From: an uncultured Acidimicrobiaceae bacterium
GTDB taxonomy: Bacteria; Actinomycetota; Acidimicrobiia; Spongiisociales; ZC4RG35
DNA length: 38,058 nt
Direction of reading: 5' to 3'
Assembly: GCA_964454615.1 (NCBI GenBank)
Contig: CAYVTP010000006.1
Location: 1-38,058, forward strand
Positions 8,774-18,243 of this stretch are shown in pieces. Position numbers and translations under genes: made by a program. How positions within the stretch are numbered: the stretch's first letter is position 1; each line of letters opens with the position of its first letter. The notes below the pieces were generated by a model. That model was not told where the DNA came from. It did no database searches and was given only the letters and a program-made list of their open reading frames with translations.

Positions 8774-8923
8774 GTGCCACGATGGGATCCTGGCCATAAT
8801 CAGCCTCATGGGTGCACCTGTGACTCGATGCCGGGGATGGGAGCATGGCCCCCCGCCGACAGGGGGGAAACATCCCCACCAAGCCTGCCGGTGGTCGTCG
8901 CTGTCTCTCGACACAGAATCGGC

Positions 8924-10585
8924 ATGACGTTGCTGCGGCGGTCGCTGGTGATCGGAGCCGGTGTGTTCCTGGCGCTCTTGCCGTCAGTCCCGGCGTTGGG
9001 GCATGCCGCCCTCGTCGACAGCCACCCGGCGGACGGTTCACACCTCGACTCCTCTCCTGACGTGGTTCGACTGGTATTCAACGAGCCGGTCGAGCTTCCT
9101 CCTGCCGCGGTTCGGGTGTTCGACTCCACGGGACGGCGAGTCGACCGGGGTGATGTCCGGCGCGGGCCCGGGCCAAACGAGGTGACGGTGTCCGTCCCTG
9201 AGCTTCCGGACGGAGCCTATGTGGTCACATGGCAGGTGACATCGGCGGACAGCCATCCTGTGCGTGGCGCTCTGGTGTTCCAGGTGGGCCACGGGGCCGA
9301 GCAGGTGGACGACTCGCTGATTGCCTCGCTGCTGGGGGATAGCAGATCGGTGGGCTTCTCGACGGCTGCCTGGGCTCTTCGTTGGGTCACCTATCTGTCG
9401 GTCCTCGTCGTTGTCGGAGCGGTGGTCTTTCTCCTGGCAGTCAGGCCACGACGGCAGGGGCGCCTCCGTGGAACAGTCCGGTGGGCGGCCGTGCTGGGTG
9501 TCTTGGCCTCGCTGGGACAGATCCCGGTCCTGGCCGCTGAGACCTCCGGACTGGGGTGGGCCGCATTGGTTTCGCCACCAGCCCTGTCTGCTGCCATGGG
9601 CTCGTCCCTTGCCCTGGCCTCGGCAGTCCGCTCGGTGTCCCTTGTCGGCATCTCTGTGGCCCTCGGGAGCTCCCGGCGGTCCTGGGCCGTGATGGGGATG
9701 GCCGGGGTGGCCGGGGTGGTGGCGGCGGAACTGTTGACCGGGCACACCCGGACCACCACGCCGGCCGTGCCCATGAATGCGGCCGCGGCCGTCCATGTCC
9801 TGGCCGCGGCTGTCTGGGTTGGGGGGCTGGTCGCACTGTGGGTCTGCCTACGTGAGGCTCGGGTCGACGACCACCCGGACGAGGGGGCGAGGCTGCTCGG
9901 GAGGTTCAGTGTCCTGGCTCTTTGGTCTGTGGCCGCCTTGTCACTGGCCGGTCTCGTACTCGCCCGGATCCAGGTCGGCACCTGGCCCGCTCTGATCTCC
10001 ACCCGATACGGGGTGACCCTGGTTGCCAAGTCTGTTCTGGCCGCCGCTGTCATCGGTGTTGCCGCCTACAACAACCGCGTCCTCGTCCCGGCGATCGTTC
10101 GAGAGTCGGGCGCCGGTGACGTACGATGGGATGACGGGGCGTGGAACCGTCTGACTCGGACGGTTCGCCTGGAGATGGCCGGGCTACTGATCGTGGTGGG
10201 CGCCACCGCCCTCCTGGTCAACCTCCCTCCCGCTGCCCGGGCCGTCGATTCGCAGGTGCCGTACTCGGTTTCGGCACCATTCGGGGACCTGCTCCTCGAG
10301 ACGGTCGTGGACCCGGGGAGGGCCGGAGACAACGAGATCCACATCTACATCACCACCCCGGGTGGCCTCTCCCCGGTGCTCGCAGGGAGCTTCACCATGG
10401 AGCTGAGCCTCCCGGCCGAGGGAGTTGGTCCGATCGTGAGGGTTCTGGTGCCTGTCGGCCCTGCCCACTTCCTGCACGTCGGTCCCGAGCTCGCCATCCC
10501 GGGGAACTGGGTCGTCACGATCCGAAACCGGGTCTCACAGTTCGAAGAAGTCGTGGCGGAGCTGCCTGTTGTGGTCAGGCCCTAG
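8924..10585 (+). CDS. CopC-CopD fusion copper transport/resistance protein (YcnJ-like)
   Basis: Signal peptide then HAALVDSHP (His1), FNEPV, SADSHPVRG; TM region with GH, HVLAAAVWVGGL; C-terminal soluble domain. Start moved from 8774. Confidence 0.9.
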   Translation: MTLLRRSLVIGAGVFLALLPSVPALGHAALVDSHPADGSHLDSSPDVVRLVFNEPVELPPAAVRVFDSTGRRVDRGDVRRGPGPNEVTVSVPELPDGAYVVTWQVTSADSHPVRGALVFQVGHGAEQVDDSLIASLLGDSRSVGFSTAAWALRWVTYLSVLVVVGAVVFLLAVRPRRQGRLRGTVRWAAVLGVLASLGQIPVLAAETSGLGWAALVSPPALSAAMGSSLALASAVRSVSLVGISVALGSSRRSWAVMGMAGVAGVVAAELLTGHTRTTTPAVPMNAAAAVHVLAAAVWVGGLVALWVCLREARVDDHPDEGARLLGRFSVLALWSVAALSLAGLVLARIQVGTWPALISTRYGVTLVAKSVLAAAVIGVAAYNNRVLVPAIVRESGAGDVRWDDGAWNRLTRTVRLEMAGLLIVVGATALLVNLPPAARAVDSQVPYSVSAPFGDLLLETVVDPGRAGDNEIHIYITTPGGLSPVLAGSFTMELSLPAEGVGPIVRVLVPVGPAHFLHVGPELAIPGNWVVTIRNRVSQFEEVVAELPVVVRP

Positions 10586-10597
10586 TAGGACGAAGGG

Positions 10598-10726
10598 ATG
10601 GGCCAGTGGACGACTTCGGGGTCGAGGGTTCTGGCGTTGAATTGGCGCCTCGGGATCGCTTTGGGCGCGCTGGCCCTCGGTGTCGGACTTTGGTTCAAGC
10701 GGGCTCTCAGGAGTCGCTCTCTCTGA
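10598..10726 (+). CDS. Possible 42-aa small membrane peptide
   Basis: MGQWTTSGSRVLALNWRLGIALGALALGVGLWFKRALRSRSL; one hydrophobic segment with basic tail; purine-rich upstream sequence. Not in ORF track. Confidence 0.25.
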   Translation: MGQWTTSGSRVLALNWRLGIALGALALGVGLWFKRALRSRSL

Positions 10727-10859
10727 CAGCTCACCCGGGAGGTCTGGGTTGCTGGCGGCGCCTGTACTCGGACCCATTGTGTAGGGTTGGAGCGCTGGGA
10801 CCCGGAGACGGGACAAGATCTGCATCCGTCGCGGTTCGGTCCCGTGAGAGGAGAAACTC

Positions 10860-11009
10860 ATGCGTGTTGCAATCATCCTGTTGGTATTGGCGCTTCTCAT
10901 CGGAGGGGTCGGGTTGTTCGTCGAGGCGTTGCGCTGGGTGCTGATAATCGCCCTCGTGCTGTTTCTCCTCGGCGCATTCTCCGGCTACCGGGGACGCTCG
11001 CGCGTCTAG
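10860..11009 (+). CDS. Small two-helix hydrophobic membrane protein (49 aa)
   Basis: RBS GAGGAG then MRVAIILLVLALLIGGVGLFVEALRWVLIIALVLFLLGAFSGYRGRSRV; below the ORF-track cutoff. Confidence 0.75.
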   Translation: MRVAIILLVLALLIGGVGLFVEALRWVLIIALVLFLLGAFSGYRGRSRV

Positions 11010-11104
11010 CTCGAGTTGATCCCCATTGCCCTGGAGGGCGCGACCCGGTTGACCCCGCTCGACCGGCAGAGAAGCACACCTGACCCATGGAAGGGAGAAT
11101 CTGA

Positions 11105-11572
11105 ATGACCGTTGAGAGCGGCATCGCAGGCGATGCCCGGAAGGATGTAGCCGCGGGGCTGTCCCGCCTACTAGCCGACACCTACATCCTGTATTTGAAG
11201 ACGCAGGGTTATCACTGGAACGTGGAGGGGCCGATGTTCCTGTCGCTCCACGAGATGTTCGAGGCTCAGTACGTCGAACTGCGCCCGGCGATCGACGAGA
11301 TAGCGGAGCGCATCCGAACACTGGGGCCACCCGCACCCGCCAGTTTCGCCCAGTTCGGCGAGATGGCTGTGGTGAAGGAGGACCAGGGCACCAGTGACGC
11401 CATGGAGATGGTCCGCGAGCTGGCCGAGGGTCACGAGATCGTCGTGGCCACCGCCCGCGAGGTCCTGGCCAGGGCCGAGGCTGCCGGGGACGTGGCAACC
11501 GAGGACCTGGTGACCGTCCGGATCCAGGCGCACGAGAAGACGGCCTGGATGCTGCGAGCAACTCTCGCCTGA
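11105..11572 (+). CDS. dps: Dps / DNA starvation-stationary phase ferritin-like protein
   Basis: HWNVEGPMFLSLHEMFE, DEIAERIR, HEKTAWML; RBS GGGAGA. Confidence 0.96.
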   Translation: MTVESGIAGDARKDVAAGLSRLLADTYILYLKTQGYHWNVEGPMFLSLHEMFEAQYVELRPAIDEIAERIRTLGPPAPASFAQFGEMAVVKEDQGTSDAMEMVRELAEGHEIVVATAREVLARAEAAGDVATEDLVTVRIQAHEKTAWMLRATLA

Positions 11573-11611
11573 GGGCGGCGATCCGATAGGCGAGTGGTCT
11601 ACCGGATTGGT

Positions 11612-11800
11612 TCACAGCCAACCGAGCGCCATCGCTCCGGCGAGTGTGATCAGCAGGAGGCCAGACCCCATAGAGGCTGTCCGGTGCCAGCGCCGCCGTG
11701 CCACTGACCCCACCCGGAGGCCGACCCAGGCGAAGGAAGCCGAGAACAGGGCGATGACCGCGGCTATCAGGAGGGGACTCCTCTCGGCGAGCCCGAGGCT
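11612..11800 (-). pseudogene. 3' remnant of an MntP/YtaF-like manganese efflux protein
   Basis: SLGL...PLLIAAVIALFSASFAWVGLRVG...MGSGLLLITLA resembles the MntP C-terminal helices; no plausible 5' portion or start. Confidence 0.55.
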
Positions 11801-12977
11801 GTGGGCCTTGCCGTGATCGGCCTTTTCCTCGTGTTGGGGGCCTGGATACGGGGCAGGGCCCGCTGGATCAGGCGGCTCTTTCTGCCGGCCTCGGTTGTGT
11901 CCGGAGTGTTGGCGTTGATGCTCGGGCCCGGTGTGCTCGGGTCGTTGGCCGAGTCCGCCGGTGGGCCGGGGTGGCTTGCCTCGGGGCTCATCCCGCCGGG
12001 GGTGTTGGAAGTGTGGTCGCAGCTGCCGGTGTTGCTGATCAGCGTTGTGTTCGCCGGGCTCTTCATCGGCAAGCGGATCCCGGGCATCCGCAAGATATGG
12101 GGGATCGCCGGCCCGCAGGTGGCGCTGGGGCAGTCGATCGCATGGGGCCAGTACGTGGTGGGGATCACACTCGGCCTCCTCATTCTCGGGCCGTTCTTCG
12201 GTGTCGATCCAATAGCCGGGGCACTCATCGAGATCGGGTTCGAGGGTGGCCACGGCACCGCCGCCGGCCTCTCCCAGGTCTTCGACGACTTCGGGTTCTC
12301 GAGGGCACCGACCTTGCCCTGGGACTGGCCACGGTGGGGCTGATATCCGGTGGTTGGCTCCTTCTCGAAGGGCTGGTGCGGGTCGAGAGCGTCTTGTGGG
12401 GTGGTGACGATGGCCTGGAGCTGTTCGCCTATGTCCCGCTCTTTCCGATGGCAATGCTCGGCGGCGTGTTGTTCCAACTGGTGATCGACCGCACCAGGAG
12501 GGAGCGTGCCATCGACCGACGCCTGATCAATCGCATCTCCGGCACGGCTCTCGACTTCATCATCGTTGCCGCCTTGGGACCCTGTCATTGGAGGCGATCG
12601 GCGGAAACCTGGGCCCCTTCGTGATCCTGGCAGTGGCCGGTGTGGCCTGGAACGTTGTTGCCTTCCTGGTCCTGGCTCCCCGGATCGTCCCCGACTTCCC
12701 CTACCAGCGGGGTCTCGGCGACTTCGGCCAGTCGACCGGGATGACCGTCAGCGGCCTGCTCCTCCTGCGGGTCGCCGACCCGGGCAACCGGTCCGAGGGT
12801 CTGGAGGCCTTCGGTTACAAACAGTTGCTGTTCGAACCGGTCGTCGGTGGTGGGTTGTTCACCGCCATGTCGATCCCACTGATCGCCCAGGTGGGGCCGG
12901 TGCCGGTCTTGATGGTCACTTCGGCACTCCTGGTCTTCTGGGTCGTGTTCGGCGTGACCCGATTCGGGAAGGGCTGA
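11801..12977 (+). pseudogene. gltS: Sodium/glutamate symporter (GltS/ESS family) pseudogene
   Basis: Three frames: LFLPAS..GFEGGHGTAAGL / EGTDLALGLATVGL..PLFPMAM..DFIIVAAL / FGQSTG..FGYKQLLFEP. Apparent 1-nt deletions near 12300 and 12577, and a probable internal deletion near 12350. Confidence 0.85.
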
Positions 12978-13985
12978 TCACCAGGTCGGGACGTGCGAGG
13001 CCAGGCTCTTCATGTAGTTGGCCCTCTCGAATGCGGCGGGGTCATCGACCGCCTGCTGACTGAGTGAGCCCCGCGCCTGGTCGACAGAGGCGTACTCGTT
13101 GGCCGCCAACCAATCGGCCAGCCCGTCGCGCACCACCGACAGGTGGGCCGGCCCGTGGCGCAGTAGGGCCGAGGCCATCATGATCGCAGTTGCTCCGGCC
13201 AGGAGTGCCTTGACTGCGTCTTCGGGCTGGTGGATTCCAGTGGTGGCCGCCAGGTCGATGTCGACCCTGCCGTGGATGATCGCGGTCCACCGCAGGATCA
13301 GCCGCAGCTCGGCGCTTGTCGAAAGGACCAGGTTGGGAACGACACTCAAGGACTCGAGGTCGATGTCCGGCTGGTAGAACCGGTTGAAGAGGACAAGGCC
13401 GTCGGCCCCTGCGTCGGCGAACCGCCGGGCCATCGAGGCCATGGCCGTGAAGTAGGGCCCGACTTTCACCGCCAGGGGGATGTCGATCGAGCTGCGGACC
13501 GCCTCGACGAGTCTCAGGTAGTCCGACTCCACCTGCTCGGGGGTCTCGTCGATGCCGGCCGCCACCCTGTAGATGTTCAGCTCGAGGGCGTCGACGCCCG
13601 CAGCAGCCATGTCGCGGGCATAGTGGGTCCAGCCGCCGAGGGTGATTCCGTTGAGGCTGCCGATGACGGGGATGCCGGCTTCGTCCTTAGCCCGTCTGAT
13701 CAGCTCCAGGTAGGCCTCGGTGCCGGTGTTGTAGGCGTCGAGGCGCGGCAGGTAACCAGCTGGCGCTTCCCCAAAGGCTCCCGCACCGATCTCGGGCCCG
13801 CCGCTCAGGGTCGTCAGGTCGTGCTCGATCTGCTCCTCGAATATGGAGAGCAGCACCACCGCCGGGGCCCCGGCGTCTGCCAGGGCCAGAATTCGGTCTA
13901 TGTCCCCGGTCAGTGGGGAGGCGGAGGGCACAATGGGATGCGCCAGGTTCAAACCCAGGTAGTTCGTCGACATGTCGACACTCAC
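12978..13985 (-). CDS. Dihydroorotate dehydrogenase-like flavoprotein (PFOR-associated)
   Basis: YLGLNLAHPIVPSASPL, SIFEEQI, ALELNIY, LFNRFYQPDIDLE, FERANY; GTGA overlap with the nifJ stop. Confidence 0.9.
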   Translation of the reverse strand: MSVDMSTNYLGLNLAHPIVPSASPLTGDIDRILALADAGAPAVVLLSIFEEQIEHDLTTLSGGPEIGAGAFGEAPAGYLPRLDAYNTGTEAYLELIRRAKDEAGIPVIGSLNGITLGGWTHYARDMAAAGVDALELNIYRVAAGIDETPEQVESDYLRLVEAVRSSIDIPLAVKVGPYFTAMASMARRFADAGADGLVLFNRFYQPDIDLESLSVVPNLVLSTSAELRLILRWTAIIHGRVDIDLAATTGIHQPEDAVKALLAGATAIMMASALLRHGPAHLSVVRDGLADWLAANEYASVDQARGSLSQQAVDDPAAFERANYMKSLASHVPTW

Positions 13986-16900
13986 TCTTCGACCTCCCCG
14001 TATTCGGCTGTCCTGTGGATCTTGACCATCTGCTCGTAGAGATTCCAGCGATCGTCTATGTCCCGTTGGGCGCGCTCGCTGAGCTCCGCTGCCCTTGAGG
14101 GGTTCACCCTGGCCAGCATGGAGAAACGGGCCTCGGACTCGGCGAGTTTCCTGAAGGGGACAGTTGGCTTCTTGATGTCGAGCCGAAGACCCGGCTCACC
14201 CTGGGCCTCACGCGCCGGGTCGTAGCGGTAGAGCGGCCAATATCCGGTGTCCCCGGCCAGCTTCTGATGTTCGATCTGGTTGGAGAGGTCGTAGCCGTGG
14301 GCGATGCAGGGGCTGTAGGCGATGATCAGCGAGACCCCCGGATGCTGTTCGGCCTCGGCGAACGCCCGAACGGTCTGGGTGGGGTTGGCGCCCATCGCCA
14401 CCTGCGCCACGTACACATCTCCGTAGGCCATGGCGATCTGCCCCAGGTCCTTCTTGCCCGTGGTCTTTCCCCCTGAGGCGAACTTTGCGATGGCCGACCT
14501 CGACGTCGCCTTGGAGGCCTGGCCGCCGGTGTTCGAGTAGACCTCGGTGTCGAGGACCAGGATGTTGACGTCCCTCCCCGAGCCGAGGATGTGGTCCAGG
14601 CCGCCGAACCCGATGTCATAGGCCCACCCGTCACCTCCCACGATCCAGATGCTGGTGGTGATCAAGGCGTCGGCGACCCCCTCCAAACGCCTCGGGAGAG
14701 GGCCTTCCATGCCGGCCAGCCGCTCCCGGAGCTCGGCCACCTGCTCTCGCTGTATGGCCACCAGCTTGTCGAGGTCGGTCCGGTCGGTCTCCTCGGCGGT
14801 CTCGAGGATTCGCGCCGTCAGATCCCCCAATTCGATGCCAAGGGCCGTGACCAGCAGGAGGGCGTCGTCCCGCTGTGATTCGAGGGCGAGCCGCATTCCC
14901 AGGCCGAACTCGGCATTGTCCTCGAAGAGGCTGTTGGCCCAGGCCGGTCCCCGACCCTGCCTGTTGGTGGTCCACGGTGTTGTCGGCAGGTTGCCCCCAT
15001 ATATGGATGAGCAGCCGGTGGCGTTGGCCACGATCACCCGGTCGCCGATTAGTTGGGTCATCAACTTGAGGTAGGGGGTCTCACCGCAGCCGACGCAAGC
15101 ACTGGAGAACTCGAACAAGGGCTCGAGGAACTGCGATCCCTTGACCGTCGGAGCGTTGACCTGATCCCGCTCGACCTCGGCAAGGTCGAGGAAGAAACTG
15201 AAGTTGGCCCGTTCCCGTTCCAGGTGGGGCCCCTTCGGCTCCATGTTGATCGCCTTGTGCTTGACCACCTCCTTCGACTTGGCCGGGCAGATGTCCACAC
15301 AGATCCCGCACCCGGTGCAGTCGTCGGGTGCAACTTGAACTACGACACGCATCCCTTCGAAGTCCTTCCCGGTCGGTTCCTTCGAGGCGAAGCCGGAGGG
15401 GGTCTCGATTCCGGCATCGAATGCCTTCAACCTGATCGCGGCGTGGGGGCAGGCCAGCGCGCACCTGCCGCAGTCGATGCACAGGCTCGGGTCCCATATC
15501 GGGATCTCGGAGGCGAGGGACCGCTTCTCCCACTTGGTGGTCCCTGTCGGGAAGGTGCCGTCGACGGGTAGGGCGGAGACAGGGAGTTGGTCGCCCTTGT
15601 CGGCCATGATCATTGCGATCACCCGCCTGACGAAGTCGGGGGCGATGTCAGGAACGAGAGATCGAGGTTCTGCCTCCGGCCGAACGCCTGCGGGCTCCAC
15701 CCGATAGAGGCCGGAGGCAGCTCCTTCTATGGCAGCCACGTTACGCCGGACGATTGCTTCTCCTCCTTTGCCGTAGTTCTTGGCGATCTGCCCTTTCATC
15801 TCCTCGATGGCGTCTGCTGCGGGGAGGAAGTCGCTCAGATGGAAGAAGCATGCCTGGAGCACGGTGTTGATCCGATTCCCGAGGCCGGCCTCATGTGCGA
15901 TGGTGAGAGCATCCACCGCCCACACTTCGATGCCCTTGTCGAGGATCGCACGCTGGGCTGCCGGCGGGATCCGATCCCAGGTCTCGTCCTTGGGGTATGG
16001 GCTGTTGAGCAGGAGGGTGGCCCCTTCCCGCGCCCGGTCTAGGGCGTCGGGTTCCTCGAGGAATCCGAAGTGGTGCAGTGCAACGAAGTCCGCCTTGGTT
16101 ATCAGATAGGTGGACTGGACCGGCCGCGGGGAGACCCGCAAATGCGACACGGTCCGTGCCCCGGCCTTCTTCGAGTCGTAGACGAAGTAGCCCTGGGCGT
16201 GGAGGGGTGTGGTCTCGCCGATGATCTTGACGGAGGCCTTGTTGGCGCTGACGGTGCCGTCCGAGCCGAGCCCGTAGAACAGGGCCCTGACCACGTCTTC
16301 GGGCTCCGAGAACCACTCTCTGTCGTACTCGATGGAGAGGCCGGTGACATCGTCGACGATTCCTATCGTGGTGTGTCTTCTCGGCTGGTCTCGCCCCAAC
16401 TCGGCGAACGCTCCGGCCACCATCCCTGGGGTGAACTCCTTCGACGAGAGCCCATAGCGACATCCGTAGACTGCGATCTCCGATCGCCCCTGCTCGGCCA
16501 GGGATGCGACCACATCCAGGTACAGGGGCTCGCCCGGAGCCCCGGGCTCCTTGGTCCTGTCCATCACCATCACCCTCTCGACGCTCCCCGGCACCGAGCT
16601 AGCGAACGCACCACCGTCGAGCGGTCGGTAGAGCTTGACCACGACCAGACCCACCTTCTCGCCGTCGGCGACCATCCGGTCGACGGCCTCCTTGGCCGCC
16701 CCGGCCGCCGATCCCATCACCACCATCAGCCGCGTGGGCTGGGGCGAACCGTGGTACTCGAAGAGCTGGTGCCGTCGCCCGGTGTGCCCGGCGACCCGGT
16801 CCATTGCGTCCGTCACTATGGAGGGCACGGCGTCGTAGAACGGGTTGGCGGCCTCCCGTGCCTGGAAAAACACGTCCGGGTTCTGGGCGGAACCGCGGAG

Positions 16901-17551
16901 GACAGGACGATTCGGGTTCAGGGCCCTCTCCCTATGGGCGGCGATCAGGTCTTCGTCGATCAGATCGCGGAGGGCCTCGTCGCCGATCAGTCCGATCTTT
17001 GCCACTTCGTGGGAGGTGCGGAACCCATCGAAGAAGTGGAGGAAAGGGACCCGGGCCTCCAAGGTGGCGAGGTGGGCGACCAGGGCCAGATCGTGGGCTT
17101 CCTGGACCGACGAGGAGGAGAGCATGGCGAACCCGGTCTGTCGGGCGGCCATCACATCGGAGTGGTCGCCGAATATGGAGAGGGCATGGGTGGCCACAGT
17201 CCTTGCCGCCACATGGATGACCGTGGGCGTCAGTTCTCCGGCGATCTTGAACATGTTGGGAAGCATCAGGAGAAGGCCCTGCGACGAGGTGAAGGTGGTC
17301 GAGAGGGCCCCTGTCTGGAGGGCCCCGTGCATCGTGCCTGCCGCTCCGGCCTCAGACTGGAGCTGGACGACCCGGGGGACCACACCCCAGAGATTGGGCC
17401 GCTCGTGATGGGACCACGCATCGGCGAGCTCGCCCATCGGGGAAGCCGGAGTGATCGGGTATATGGCGATCACCTCGCTCAGCCGATGCGCGATCAGCGC
17501 AGCAGCTTCGTTGCCGTCGATGGTGGCTTGAACACCGGTCGGGGTGGTCAT
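13982..17551 (-). CDS. nifJ: Pyruvate:ferredoxin/flavodoxin oxidoreductase (single chain)
   Basis: DGNEA, YPITP, SEAGA, FFDGFRTSHE, GLGSDGTV, two CxxCxxCxxxCP ferredoxin motifs, ACVGCGETPY, GGDGWAYDIG (TPP), DTEVYSNTGGQ. Confidence 0.97.
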   Translation of the reverse strand: MTTPTGVQATIDGNEAAALIAHRLSEVIAIYPITPASPMGELADAWSHHERPNLWGVVPRVVQLQSEAGAAGTMHGALQTGALSTTFTSSQGLLLMLPNMFKIAGELTPTVIHVAARTVATHALSIFGDHSDVMAARQTGFAMLSSSSVQEAHDLALVAHLATLEARVPFLHFFDGFRTSHEVAKIGLIGDEALRDLIDEDLIAAHRERALNPNRPVLRGSAQNPDVFFQAREAANPFYDAVPSIVTDAMDRVAGHTGRRHQLFEYHGSPQPTRLMVVMGSAAGAAKEAVDRMVADGEKVGLVVVKLYRPLDGGAFASSVPGSVERVMVMDRTKEPGAPGEPLYLDVVASLAEQGRSEIAVYGCRYGLSSKEFTPGMVAGAFAELGRDQPRRHTTIGIVDDVTGLSIEYDREWFSEPEDVVRALFYGLGSDGTVSANKASVKIIGETTPLHAQGYFVYDSKKAGARTVSHLRVSPRPVQSTYLITKADFVALHHFGFLEEPDALDRAREGATLLLNSPYPKDETWDRIPPAAQRAILDKGIEVWAVDALTIAHEAGLGNRINTVLQACFFHLSDFLPAADAIEEMKGQIAKNYGKGGEAIVRRNVAAIEGAASGLYRVEPAGVRPEAEPRSLVPDIAPDFVRRVIAMIMADKGDQLPVSALPVDGTFPTGTTKWEKRSLASEIPIWDPSLCIDCGRCALACPHAAIRLKAFDAGIETPSGFASKEPTGKDFEGMRVVVQVAPDDCTGCGICVDICPAKSKEVVKHKAINMEPKGPHLERERANFSFFLDLAEVERDQVNAPTVKGSQFLEPLFEFSSACVGCGETPYLKLMTQLIGDRVIVANATGCSSIYGGNLPTTPWTTNRQGRGPAWANSLFEDNAEFGLGMRLALESQRDDALLLVTALGIELGDLTARILETAEETDRTDLDKLVAIQREQVAELRERLAGMEGPLPRRLEGVADALITTSIWIVGGDGWAYDIGFGGLDHILGSGRDVNILVLDTEVYSNTGGQASKATSRSAIAKFASGGKTTGKKDLGQIAMAYGDVYVAQVAMGANPTQTVRAFAEAEQHPGVSLIIAYSPCIAHGYDLSNQIEHQKLAGDTGYWPLYRYDPAREAQGEPGLRLDIKKPTVPFRKLAESEARFSMLARVNPSRAAELSERAQRDIDDRWNLYEQMVKIHRTAEYGEVEE

Positions 17552-17557
17552 CCGGCG

Positions 17558-17601
17558 AGGCTAGTTTCGTTGGCCACAGCCGGTACAGGGCCAACCTTTG
17601 G
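17558..17601 (-). promoter_or_regulatory. Putative leaderless nifJ promoter with DosR-like half site
   Basis: -10 TAGCCT (17558-17563) 6 nt before ATG; plus-strand GGGCC at 17588, the same 30-bp offset as in the baeRF and archease promoters. Confidence 0.4.
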
Positions 17602-17619
17602 CGGGTCCCTTCGGCGAGC

Positions 17620-18084
17620 TCATCCACGCCCGCCTATGTCGACGCTGTAAGCCTCATACACCAGGTCGGCACCTCCCTGGCGATGCAGGGCGAGGCGGCC
17701 CAGCAGGGCGACGATCCGACGTCTGATTCGCGTGCGGTCGGTGAAAGGGTCGTCGACCGCCTCTTTGGTGCGTTGCCATGCCGTGACCAGCTCGGGGTGC
17801 TCGTCTCTCAGCCGGGCTACCGCGGCCGCCAGCCGGGGCTCCTCCCTGATGATGTCCTCCACCATCCCGTCCGGAGATTCCGCCTCTTCGATGTGCCGGC
17901 GCAGCGCCTCGCCCAGGACGTCGATCGCTTCTCTCACCGATGCGAGCCAGCCCGAGGAGTCGGCCGCCGGCCCGGCCGCCGCCTCCTCCAGGCTCCGCAT
18001 GGCATCGAGGAGGTCGTTCCTCTTCGAGCGGGCACGGTCGAAGCCCTCATCTGGTGGACTCTTCATCGGCTTCTCGGTGCTCAT
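17620..18084 (-). CDS. Hemerythrin-like four-helix domain protein
   Basis: HIEEAE...G, LRDEH, LALHRQGGADLVYEAY.VDIGG pattern. Confidence 0.75.
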   Translation of the reverse strand: MSTEKPMKSPPDEGFDRARSKRNDLLDAMRSLEEAAAGPAADSSGWLASVREAIDVLGEALRRHIEEAESPDGMVEDIIREEPRLAAAVARLRDEHPELVTAWQRTKEAVDDPFTDRTRIRRRIVALLGRLALHRQGGADLVYEAYSVDIGGRG

Positions 18085-18090
18085 GGCCCA

Positions 18091-18145
18091 ACCTTGGCTG
18101 CGGCGGCGGTATTTGGCAAGGGACCAAAGTCAGCAATTCGGTCCC
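18091..18145. promoter_or_regulatory. DosR/DevR-like box(es) between the divergent hemerythrin-like and M50-CBS genes
   Basis: GGGACCAAAGTCAG at 18120-18133 plus half site GTCCC at 18141-18145; minus-strand -10-like CAAGGT (18091-18096) 6 nt before ATG 18084. Confidence 0.55.
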
Positions 18146-18243
18146 CACTGCTGGTGATTGGCATGAGCCGAGACGCTTCACCTTCCCGCGAAGTGCTGAG
18201 ACCGGATAGATTCCTGGCAGATGAGTTGTTGGAACCGTACCTG

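Noticed and set aside
12290-12590. Programmed frameshifting in gltS
   Set aside because: Two separate shifts with no slippery motif, plus an apparent internal deletion and loss of the upstream region, indicate decay.
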